This document shows, piece after piece, positions 1 through 9,415 of a stretch of 18,562 bases of DNA (within the stretch, counting starts at the first letter, position 1; each line of letters opens with the position of its first letter). Origin of the DNA: Ginkgo biloba (taxonomy: Eukaryota > Plantae > Ginkgophyta). Made by a program: the position numbers and the translations under genes. The notes below the pieces were generated by a model. The model saw only the letters and a program-made list of their open reading frames with translations, ran no database searches and was not told the DNA's origin. The stretch lies in the NCBI GenBank assembly GCA_024626585.2, contig JANKJI020000002.1, forward strand, positions 208,882,893 to 208,901,454. Reading direction: 5' to 3'.

Positions 1-39
1 GGCATTAAAACCTCTTATATTCCACAAAATAGTTTTTAC
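1..39 (-). pseudogene. Start of L1-type LINE ORF2 (APE endonuclease N-terminus), running off the window
   Basis: Manual translation of 39..1 gives VKTILWNIRGFNA, matching the plant L1 ORF2 opening motif (MKI.SWNIRGLN). It directly follows the ORF1 remnant. Confidence 0.8.
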
Positions 40-42
40 TTC

Positions 43-1351
43 TTAATTTTCAAGATTTCCCCTTCCCTCCAAAATTTAGCACTGCTTGGGTTCCATTGGC
101 AATCTCCTTGGCTACTTATTTTTGTAGATTTACTATTGACGGTGGTTTCCCCCTTCCCCCTTGAGCTCCTACATCCACTAATGAATTTGTATGGCTTTTG
201 GTAAGGATTTTATTTTCCTAGGCATGAGGGATCCTACTAAGAGACTCCCTATCCTTCAGGAATTTTACTAGCTCCTCTAGGGCTTCCAGAAGATAAGCAA
301 ACTAATTATCCACCTAAACAAGAGGAGCCTCACTAGGGAGGAACAAGGGGGGTTGAGACTCTTCCATTCTCAAAACCTCTTTTTGTACTTCCTCCTTAGA
401 TAACCCTTCTACCAACCCTAGTTCTTCATCCAAAACCATCAAATCTTCTTCTAGGGGTTGGCTTGACTCCTCTAGATGAGGTTGGGGGGGAGTTTTATTT
501 TTCCATATTTTATTGGGAGGACCAAATTGAGGACCTTTACAAAGGAAACTTTGATTCCCTAAGGAATTGTAGATGTTGCATTTTACATTTGCATTTTCAA
601 ACTCAAAGACTTGATTCCAATCCCCAAAATTAGAAACTAATTTAATGGATTTTGGGAGTTCCTTTCTAAGGTCCACATAAATCATTCTAGATTTACTCAA
701 CATTGCTAGGTTGATGGCTATGAGATGAGCCACCTCCCTTGTGATGCCTACCAAAATTTCTTCATGTCAAAAATGAATCAGGAGCCCCAAAAGTCTCACC
801 CAAATTTGAGCAAGATCCATATTTTAAGTTAGGGGGTCAAAGTTAGGTGACCACTTCTTTAAGAAAATGCCCTTACAACCAAAGAACTAGGGACCACCAA
901 GTAACATTTTCTCCACATCCGCTTCAGACCTTAGCTTTATCTAGAAGAAACTTTTTAGTGGTGCCATAATTTCCATACCTACTTGAGGAATCCATTTCTC
1001 CTGAGCCCACTTTAGAATAACATCCACATCTAGCCTGACCCCCAAAAACTTTCCCACCAAAGAAAGTCTACTTTTATCCATAATAAGATCTACAAGCATA
1101 TCCGAAACTTGTAACTCTTCATTGAGAGGAAGTAAGTTAAAGCAACTGTTATCTAACTTATGCTTCCCTTTCAATGTACTAACCCAAGAAAGGGTTCTAG
1201 GGTCAAAATGTCTCAGCCCCCCTGAGCTACCATCCTCGCCTAATACACATCTAGCCCTACCACCAATAGGGACATATGAGAATCCATCCAAAACCAAACC
1301 CTACCCTGCACTTATCCCACCTTCCCTGTCATCACCACATCTAGACGACAT
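43..1351 (-). pseudogene. Decayed L1-type LINE ORF1 (DUF4283 domain plus degenerate zinc knuckle)
   Basis: ORFs 941..1297 and 314..754 share one frame. Reading through stops gives SLVGKFLG..KWAQEKW..GP*FFG..LKKWSPNFDP..IWVRLLGL..F*HEEIL..VDLRKELP..KC..GN...C, typical of plant L1 ORF1. Candidate in-frame ATG at 1351. Several stops are TGG>TAG/TGA. Confidence 0.85.
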
Positions 1352-2848
1352 CACTCTCCTCCTCATCATCTTTCATTTCTTTAAAGTTGTTTATTTTTAT
1401 AAATTTAATATTTTATGTAATAATCTTGGGTGATGATAGATATAATTCCCACACAGTCTTTGGGGGGCAATGTTGTTAGGTGTGTGTATGTGCCAACTTT
1501 CTAGCTTTTGTCTCTACAAGATGTTAATTAATAAGTTGGATGCACCTAGTGTGCACCTTGGAATTGTTTCTACGACACTAAAAGCCCTCTCTCTCTCTTT
1601 CTCCTACCAACTTAGAAGGCATGTGACCAGATCCCGGAGGCAAAAGCCACATCTTAGGTTGCCACCACTGCAGAGAACACAACTTAATGGTGACCAACTG
1701 TTGAAGAATCTTGGCCACCCTATATACTAAAAGTGCTTCAAGCTTGGCTTGCAACCAGCCTCAACCTAGTAGGTTCCTATGGGAGCCACAATCCTTTTCC
1801 TTGCTCCTTGCCTCAAATTCACATCCTATAAATCAGAGAAACCCTGCAACTAGGGTTTAGGGCAAAGATGTGCCAGTCGAGGAGAGCATGGGAGTCATTG
1901 TTTGAAAGAGAACTTTCCTCCGGAATCCTCAGTTTGATAATTACTTCAATTTTGCTGTGGATTCCACTATATATAATTTTCCAATTTGTTAGTTCTTGTT
2001 AGGCACATAACAGTAGTATTCATTTGGGGAAGTGCATCTATCGTATTTGTTCAAATGTATATCCACATCCACTTTGCAATGGATGAAACTTTTATATATA
2101 GGTCTTCTTGCGACTTGTAAATATCCATCTTAACATTCTTCAATTCCTACTACAGGCTCAATTGCATTCTTAAAAGCACTGCAACTTGTTCCTGAATGGA
2201 ATTTTCTTGATTTTCAGAATGAAAATTATAATTTTGGAGATATCTTCAAATCATGGATAAAGGGAACAAAATGCTCCCACATCATTTGTCAGCTATGCAA
2301 CAATGCCACAATTTTGTCAAGTACAATAAAAATTGTTAAATTAGAGATGTGGAATGGAGGAGAAATTGGTGCCTAAATTCCAAATAAGCTTAGAAGAAAA
2401 GAATGGTCACCACACATTTCAACATGTTCAACAATAGTGTGAGGTTAAGCATGTGAAACCTTTTGCAACCATGGATACAACTCAAATGTAATTGATGAGC
2501 TGGAATGTGACCCCTGAATGATGAAATATTTCATTCTGAAAGGTGTATTCCAGATCTAAATATGACCTCAAATGTGGTTGATAAGCTTAAATATGGCCTG
2601 CGAACACAGAAGTGGAGTTGNNNNNNNNNNNNNNNNNNNNNNNNNNNNNNNNNNNNNNNNNNNNNNNNNNNNNNNNNNNNNNNNNNNNNNNNNNNNNNNN
2701 NNNNNNNNNNNNNNNNNNNNNNNNNNNNNNNNNNNNNNNNNNNNNNNNNNNNNNNNNNNNNNNNNNNNNNNNNNNNNNNNNNNNNNNNNNNNNNNNNNNN
2801 NNNNNNNNNNNNNNNNNNNNNNNNNNNNNNNNNNNNNNNNNNNNNNNN

Positions 2849-3059
2849 ATTGATTCACTTCGTTTCGTAACTGTTCCACCACCGGATTATTTTGCTGCTT
2901 CTCCATTATTTTCAGTGATGTCAACTCTTGTTGTAACCTTTCCACCTCGGGATCCACCGCGGTTGTAGAATAGTTTACTATAGGTACGAAATCGTCACTA
3001 TCGTTTTCCAACTGCATAGCCAGTTCCCTTACTTGCTCGTGTGTCTTCCAAGGGTGCAT
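2849..3059 (-). mobile_element. Probable Ty3/Gypsy gag fragment
   Basis: Open frame HPWKTHEQVRELAMQLE...VERLQQELTSLK resembles the P.T..Q...LA..LE segment after the gag capsid, followed by a coiled coil. The resemblance is weak and the left end is in a gap. Confidence 0.4.
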
Positions 3060-3163
3060 TTTACTGCATTTCTAATTAGGGACATTTCAGCTTGTGCTAG
3101 TTTTTCTTGAGATTCGGAAGTCAAACTTGATATTAACTGTGGTATCTGTTTTTTTATGAACAG

Positions 3164-3259
3164 CTTTGGTGCTGGGCTTCTTGGCTCCTTAGCATACATT
3201 CGAATGTTGGGTAACAGTGTGGATTCTTATGCGAAGAAGGGTGTTCAGGGGGCTGTCAG
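3164..3259 (+). CDS. CGL160: Internal exon of CGL160 (chloroplast ATP synthase assembly factor, Atp1/UncI-like membrane domain)
   Basis: T-rich tract and CAG acceptor at 3161-3163; AG|GTGAAG donor at 3260; 96 nt, phase 2-2, no stops. Translation (S)FGAGLLGSLAYIRMLGNSVDSYAKKGVQGAV(R/S) matches the plant CGL160 segment I recall (SFGAGLLGSLAYMRMLGNSVD). Too short for the ORF track. Confidence 0.85.
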
Positions 3260-4195
3260 GTGAAGGTTTATTATAACCTGGATAAGTCTCTGAAAACAAA
3301 TTCATTATGCATGCTTCACAGCTCCATATTAAAGGAAAAAATCTCTGTTTTGACTAGATTGAGTGAAAAGCTAGTTAAAGTGGATTCCCTCATAATATCT
3401 CATGGTTCGGTGCTCCTCAAGCATAGATCATAAACAACTCTCCTGTTTGTCTTTATTGAGAATTTAAGTTTAGGTTGAGTATGCTATTTGCATCATGTGT
3501 TCAAATTAGCACATATTGTTTCTAAGATTTATTTTGTTTTTGTTCTTTTTAGTTAGCAATACTGTATTACACCAATTCATTGATTTACCCTTTTCAGGTA
3601 AATAGTTACACATGATATAATATGATATTGATATCCTATAGTGCACTACTATGAATTCTTGCTTGACCACGACAGGGATAATGCTATATTATAAAAGAGA
3701 TGATGTTTCGTGCTTATATGTGTTGATGAATTTGGGCTATAGTAAAAGATGCAGTCCCAAGACAAATGAGAATAGAGGGAATGATAAGCAGACTGAAGAA
3801 ACATACAAGATCAGAGCACAAATACAAAAAGAGAGAAGGCAGAAGGAAAGAAAGGAACTAAAGGAAAGCATTTATAGGAACTGGAATATCAAGCAAATCA
3901 ATTCAAATGAAGTTGAGGGGCACCAATACCCTGGGTGCACAAAAACAAAAGAAAATTGAAGATCATAATGAGGGATAATGTGAAAGCCATGGATATGCAA
4001 TGGGTCATTTACACATATCATCATGAAACTAGAAATGTGGAGAAGGCAATACAATAAGGGGTAAAGATGGCAAAATGTTGAATGGCTTTGCTTAAAGAGT
4101 TNNNNNNNNNNAGCCATATTGAAAGCTTGATTAAGTAGACTCACAAATATGAAGTTGACTTAAAAATCACCAAAGAGAAGATGGTCACCCAAGCT

Positions 4196-4681
4196 TGTAA
4201 CTCCACCCTTCGAAACCCACACGAGTAAGGGTGCCAACTCTAGGTCTGTTTTAACCCCTCTTTGGCACTAGTATAATCCTAGTAGCTAGGGTATCCATCT
4301 CTATTGATGTATATTTATTTATTTTAATTTCTGGTATCAAAAACCCTAAGGGATACATCAACAAACCCTAGACCAGAAATCCTACCAGTATGATCAACAA
4401 ACCCTCGGGATGCAACAACGAACCCATAGAACTGGTAACAATGAGTCATTAGGAGCAACAACTGCACTCTCACTAGGTATATCTTAACTCATTGCCAGTT
4501 AGCCCAAATATATGCATGCTTAGGGCCAAATGATTCATCAAACAAAGGTGCCACTAGTTAGGGACTCCATTCCCCCAACAGATCTCCGGTTAAACCCAAA
4601 CTGCCCTAGACAAGTCTCTAGGGTTTTTGTAGTCAAGTAGGGCATATTTTTGCATCATTACAACCAAAATAATAGTTTTTC
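4196..4681. mobile_element. Possible LTR fragment
   Basis: Begins TGTAAC (LTR-like terminus), is non-coding, and has a degenerate ~57-bp duplication with AAACCCT motifs at about 4336-4435. No partner LTR is visible. Confidence 0.3.
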
Positions 4682-5474
4682 NNNNNNNNNNNNNNNNNNN
4701 NNNNNNNNNNNNNNNNNNNNNNNNNNNNNNNNNNNNNNNNNNNNNNNNNNNNNNNNNNNNNNNNNNNNNNNNNNNNNNNNNNNNNNNNNNNNNNNNNNNN
4801 NNNNNNNNNNNNNNNNNNNNNNNNNNNNNNNNNNNNNNNNNNNNNNNNNNNNNNNNNNNNNNNNNNNNNNNNNNNNNNNNNNNNNNNNNNNNNNNNNNNN
4901 NNNNNNNNNNNNNNNNNNNNNNNNNNNNNNNNNNNNNNNNNNNNNNNNNNNNNNNNNNNNNNNNNNNNNNNNNNNNNNNNNNNNNNNNNNNNNNNNNNNN
5001 NNNNNNNNNNNNNNNNNNNNNNNNNNNNNNNNNNNNNNNNNNNNNNNNNNNNNNNNNNNNNNNNNNNNNNNNNNNNNNNNNNNNNNNNNNNNNNNNNNNN
5101 NNNNNNNNNNNNNNNNNNNNNNNNNNNNNNNNNNNNNNNNNNNNNNNNNNNNNNNNNNNNNNNNNNNNNNNNNNNNNNNNNNNNNNNNNNNNNNNNNNNN
5201 NNNNNNNNNNNNNNNNNNNNNNNNNNNNNNNNNNNNNNNNNNNNNNNNNNNNNNNNNNNNNNNNNNNNNNNNNNNNNNNNNNNNNNNNNNNNNNNNNNNN
5301 NNNNNNNNNNNNNNNNNNNNNNNNNNNNNNNNNNNNNNNNNNNNNNNNNNNNNNNNNNNNNNNNNNNNNNNNNNNNNNNNNNNNNNNNNNNNNNNNNNNN
5401 NNNNNNNNNNNNNNNNNNNNNNNNNNNNNNNNNNNNNNNNNNNNNNNNNNNNNNNNNNNNNNNNNNNNNNNNNN

Positions 5475-5880
5475 TTCAATTGGAGGTGCCCTATGCTAGA
5501 TTATCTCTAGGGACCTTCTCTTTCCCTTTTTCTCTCTCGTCACCACTTTCCCCAATAAACTCACCATCAATTGCAATACACAAGTACAAGCTTCAAAAGA
5601 GAACTTATTTTTTTTCACAGATTCCAAGATAAATTCACTTGGCTCTTTTGGGTTGTAACAAAACTAGGGGGGTGCAAAAAGGAGGAAAAGAAACTTGTTT
5701 TGCAACACTAATAAAGGGAAGATCAAAATGGGCCCACCTAGTTTTGAGACAATGCTTTTCAAAACAAAGGGAAGACAAAAACAACTCTTTTATGCAGTTT
5801 GATTTCATCAAATACTAAGCCTTGCAATTGATGGAGAGAAGGATCCCAAGAAGTGAGATGATACTTATGACAATTGGAAG
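5475..5880. repeat. Diverged long inverted repeat (foldback)
   Basis: Nested complementary blocks: 5560-5576 with 5822-5838 (16/17) and 5653-5672 with 5733-5752 (17/20), plus weaker collinear blocks between and outside them. Confidence 0.6.
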
Positions 5881-5913
5881 AGAAGCAATATCATAGGAAT
5901 GAGGAGTAAAATG

Positions 5914-6234
5914 CTGAGTTAGCAAGATCCTCCTTGGGGGTCTCATATCCCATATCCGCTCTCGCTCTCGTTCCCCCTCCCATTTCTTGGTAACTTAGAT
6001 TAAATATTTATAACTATTATTATTTATTATATATCTATTTACTAATAGTATATGCATACTAATAGTATATAAATATTATACTATATAGTATATTATAATA
6101 TATATACTATGACAAGTTTCATAAGTTTTATTATAAATATATTTTTCAAAACCCTAAAATTTTCCGCTCCCCTGTAACTTGGAATTTTGAAAAGTGTCGT
6201 TTCCCGCTCTCGCTCCTGTTTCCTGGTAACTTAG
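5914..6234. mobile_element. Non-autonomous TIR element (MITE, hAT-like termini)
   Basis: Left end CTGAGTTAGCAAG against right end CCTGGTAACTTAG (10/13 complementary). Subterminal CCGCTCTCGCTC motifs at 5956 and 6204; very AT-rich core at 5999-6150. No TSD seen. Confidence 0.6.
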
Positions 6235-6793
6235 GCTATTGGTGTTCTCTCAAGATTTCTGAACTCACCCAAAGAATCTCAGTGGATAGCTACAAAAAGA
6301 GTGCTATGATACATAAAAGGGACATGGAACTTTGGTATACTTCTTGGAAAGAATTCTGATTTTCAGATTGATAGGATTCACTGATTTAGATTGGGTAGGA
6401 TCAATTGATGACTGGAAGTCCACATTCAGTTATGTATTTAGCCTTAGATTACGAGCTATTTCTTGGACCAACAAGAAACAATCCACAGTTGCTCTATCTT
6501 TCATTGAGGTAAAATACAAGTCAATTGTTGAAGATGCATGCAAGGCAGTTTGGATTAGGCGCATCCCTGCTGATATAAAAAATCAAGAAAATCAACCAAC
6601 ACCACTTTGGTGTGATAACCAAAGTACAATAAAGATGACCAAGAATCTAGCGTTTCATGCTTGGACAAAGCATATTGAAATACATCAACACTACATCAAT
6701 GAACAGGTGCAAAATAAGGAGATCGAGTTGATCTACTACAACACAGAAGATCAAGTAGCGGATATATTTACAAAGACCCTAAATCAAGATAAG
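6235..6793 (+). pseudogene. Ty1/Copia RT C-terminus plus RNase H fragment
   Basis: AIGVLSRFLNSPKESQWIATKRVL*YIKGT, then a frameshift into GFTDLDWVGSIDDWKST..ISW..KKQSTVALS..CDNQS..FH..TKHIEI..DQVADIFTK, all canonical Copia motifs. Ends in a gap. Confidence 0.95.
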
Positions 6794-6893
6794 NNNNNNN
6801 NNNNNNNNNNNNNNNNNNNNNNNNNNNNNNNNNNNNNNNNNNNNNNNNNNNNNNNNNNNNNNNNNNNNNNNNNNNNNNNNNNNNNNNNNNNNN

Positions 6894-7044
6894 ATATACT
6901 ATAAACAAGCAATTATATGGCTTAACAACAATATTCATAGGAGGCTTTGGATCATTGATACTTCGAATGCATATGTTCTCTGCCTACTACATTGTTCCCA
7001 CTTTTAACTTGAATCATGGAATTTCTCAAAGATAGTGTAGATCA
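6894..7044 (-). mobile_element. Start of putative 3' LTR of the Tat-type element
   Basis: On the minus strand TG (7044-7043, TGATCTACAC...) immediately follows the polypurine tract. The left limit is lost in a gap and no matching 5' LTR was found. Confidence 0.5.
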
Positions 7045-7055
7045 CCCCCCTTCCT
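7045..7055 (-). promoter_or_regulatory. Polypurine tract (PPT)
   Basis: Minus strand AGGAAGGGGGG directly followed by TG, downstream of and in the same orientation as the PR-RNase H region. Confidence 0.65.
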
Positions 7056-7117
7056 ATAGGCTTAATGGAAATTAATCTGTGATTTTGTGAGTAGGGAAAC
7101 TTTAGTCAAGTTTGAAT

Positions 7118-8118
7118 GTTGACCTTACATGTGGCATCATCTCAAGGAATCAGGGCCATGTGGTGTCTTAAGCACTTGAATTTGGCCCCTTTTTGTCGTT
7201 ATACCCAACAACCTCAAGGAGGACCAAGATTGAGACACGTGGCATCATCTTAGAGCACCTAGGTTGGAAGGACTCAATGATTAGGTATTTTCATTTATTC
7301 TTCCTATAGGTCATGCTGAGGCAAGAGATAGAGACACCTGGCATGATCCTAGATATCTGAGCCTCATAGTGTTTTATAACCCTATTGCTTTTCCATTATC
7401 TTAGGGGGAGTCTATGATCATTTGAGATTCGCACACGTGATATGATCTTGGATCACCTGAATGCATGGCCTTTTGATATCTATCTCTTCAACCTTTATTG
7501 CCTATAAGACTATGGGCTCTCAAGATTGGGATGATTGGAAGCATCTTCTAGATTTGAGCCTAGGTTGTACTTTAAAGTTCCTTCCAAAGTTTTCAAATGT
7601 TGGGAGATGAGGAGTCGCGAGATCCTGCCACGTGGGATGATCTCATGACTCCTAGACCTACTATATTTTGAATTTGCTCTTTCCTTTAGTTTCTCATGAC
7701 ATGAATGCATGATTGAGATTGAGACATATGTCATCATCTCGAGGAGTCTAAATTCATAACTTTTTAGGGATTCCCTTTTTATTTCTTTCCCTATAAACCT
7801 GAGAGCACCTGAGATCAAGACACATGGAATTATCTCAAAGATCCTAACGCTACACTGTTTACCTACCTTGGCTTTTACCTTCTTCTTTTTGTGACTCTTT
7901 GGGTGCCCAATATTGATACATGTGGCACCATCTTAGGGCCTCTAGATCTCGATGCCTTATGGGGTTTATTCAAACCCTTTGAACTACCACGAAGGGAGAA
8001 ACTGTTGGATCCTGCCATGTGGTGTGATCCTTTAACCTGCTGAAGAATTCACCAAAACTCATGAAACACATCTTTTATATATATGAGCAAATTGAAATGT
8101 ACCACATGGTGATTACTA
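7118..8118. repeat. Regularly interspaced palindromic repeat array (10-11 units, period about 97-98 bp)
   Basis: 26-nt cores start at 7118, 7226, 7325, 7424, 7522, 7619, 7715, 7811, 7909, 8006 and weakly 8093. Examples: aagattgagacacgtggcatcatctt, gagatcctgccacgtgggatgatctc, gagattgagacatatgtcatcatctc. Confidence 0.9.
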
Positions 8119-8469
8119 GTGAAACACAAGTTTTCTTTTTGGAATACTAAGGTATTTTAATCAACTTCACCAGGTTTGCTCTGAAAGCCCTGTTCTTCAA
8201 GAGAACATGAAAATAAGCATTGCTATAGGATCTTGAAGCATTGCATGAGAGTGAATTAATCAACAAAGGAGATTTTTATGTATTCAAAGGATAAGGTGAA
8301 TAGTTTCAAAATTTTTAGACATGAAGCTCTGGTGACAGAATGCCATGACAATACATATAGGATCCTTGCAAAGGTGCCTTAGATTTCTTTCAAAAAAGCG
8401 GGGGGGGGGGGGGCACTTTGCAAGCAAAGTAGGGGGTGTTGGAAAATAATAGTTGTCCCTGACTTCACC

Positions 8470-8850
8470 AAGGAGGCTACCATGGCTAGGACATATGAAA
8501 TTTGATTGTCCTCTCTGGGAATATAGTCTATTAAGAAATCTTAGAAATTATCTAGGAGGTGCCTAAATCTACTCCAATAATTTTTCTATCTTGAATTCTT
8601 CATTGAACATTAGTCTTTAACTTGGTTAATCACTAACCCTGAATCTCCCTTCACCTGGACGAACTCTATTTTCATTTTGATAGCCTTCAATAATCCAAGT
8701 ATTAGAGCTTCATACTTGGAAATGTTATTTTTGCATTTAAAATTTAGTCTATATGTGAACATATAGACTATTATGTTGGGAGCATGGAGAGTTATCCCAA
8801 GCACCAACCCCAAATTTTGAATTTGCGCCATCAAAGTATATAGTCTAGAC
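8470..8850 (-). pseudogene. Archaeal-type RNase H (aRH) of a Tat-lineage Ty3/Gypsy element
   Basis: *TIYFDGANSKFGVGA, then a frameshift into GITLHAP..FTYRLNFKCKNNISKYEALILGL..VKGDSGLVINQV..IPREDNQ..LA..AS. FDG, YEAL and GDS motifs are present; the last catalytic D is replaced. Confidence 0.9.
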
Positions 8851-9415
8851 TTGATCTTTCATCTTGATCAACTTCGTACCTCTCTTCTTCACTGGTTGGC
8901 AACCCATTGTAATATTCTGCAAACACTGTGTAGGTACCCATGTCTCCAGGAACATATTGAGTATTTGCCTCTTTGCCTTCCCTATCATCAACAAAGTCTT
9001 TATATTTTCTTTCTCTTGAAAGAGTGATGACGTCCTTGTTATTAAGAAAGGTGATAATGGATATCATTGTATTAATGGATGTCCCTACCTCAGCTATCCA
9101 TTCACAACCCAGAAGCATCCCATATACCAAAGACATATCGAACACTACGATTGAAATTAACACCGCTATTTTGGAAAATGCAACCATATTCACCACTAAA
9201 TGTTTGATTTCACCAACAACATCTATAATTTTTTAGTCCATCGCCCTTACGATTTGATTAGTTTTAATGCACTGGAGCCCCAAGGTCTTCATGATAGCAT
9301 AAGGCATGATATTATGCGCCACTCCCGTGTCAACAATGCAATTTTGGAGTATGAAATTATCCATCTTTAGGGATATATAAAAGGGGGGACTCTGGACCCT
9401 TAACCCAAGAACCAC
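8851..9415 (-). pseudogene. Retrotransposon aspartic protease plus acidic linker (Tat-type)
   Basis: PPFYISL..ILQNCIVDTGVAHNIMP..LGL..AMD*K.I.VVGEIK..YGMLLGCEW. ORFs 9233..9415 and 8831..9196 are in one frame, separated by a single stop. Confidence 0.9.

Noticed and set aside
1122-1433. Antisense ORFs over TE coding regions (also 8973-9236, 13881-14102, 15201-15527)
   Set aside because: Shadow frames of retroelement genes on the opposite strand.
1825-1862. TATA-like box, AAACCCT..AGGGTTT mini-hairpin and TAGGGTTTAGGG telo-box
   Set aside because: Under two telomeric units and common in plant TE leaders; no linked gene start.
2180-2220. LVPEWNFLDFQ as a possible later CGL160 exon
   Set aside because: Lies upstream of the identified exon and lacks the NRWN and QPRLL context; likely chance.
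3651-3959. Lys/Glu-rich 102-aa ORF
   Set aside because: Purine-rich low-complexity sequence with no domain signature.
4650-5510. Long ORFs spanning N runs (also 2562-2968, 11992-12186, 16049-16349, 17276-17636)
   Set aside because: Artefacts of untranslatable gaps.
7510-7818. 102-aa ORF across the array
   Set aside because: No recognisable motif, and the repeat periods are mostly not multiples of 3.
7226-7934. AAGAT..ATCTT versus GAGAT..ATCTC as compensatory base change
   Set aside because: Explained by CpG deamination of ancestral CGAGAT..ATCTCG, so it is not independent evidence of pairing.
7118-8118. True CRISPR array
   Set aside because: Eukaryotic TE context, no cas genes, degenerate repeats, and ~70-bp spacers that show traces of mutual similarity.
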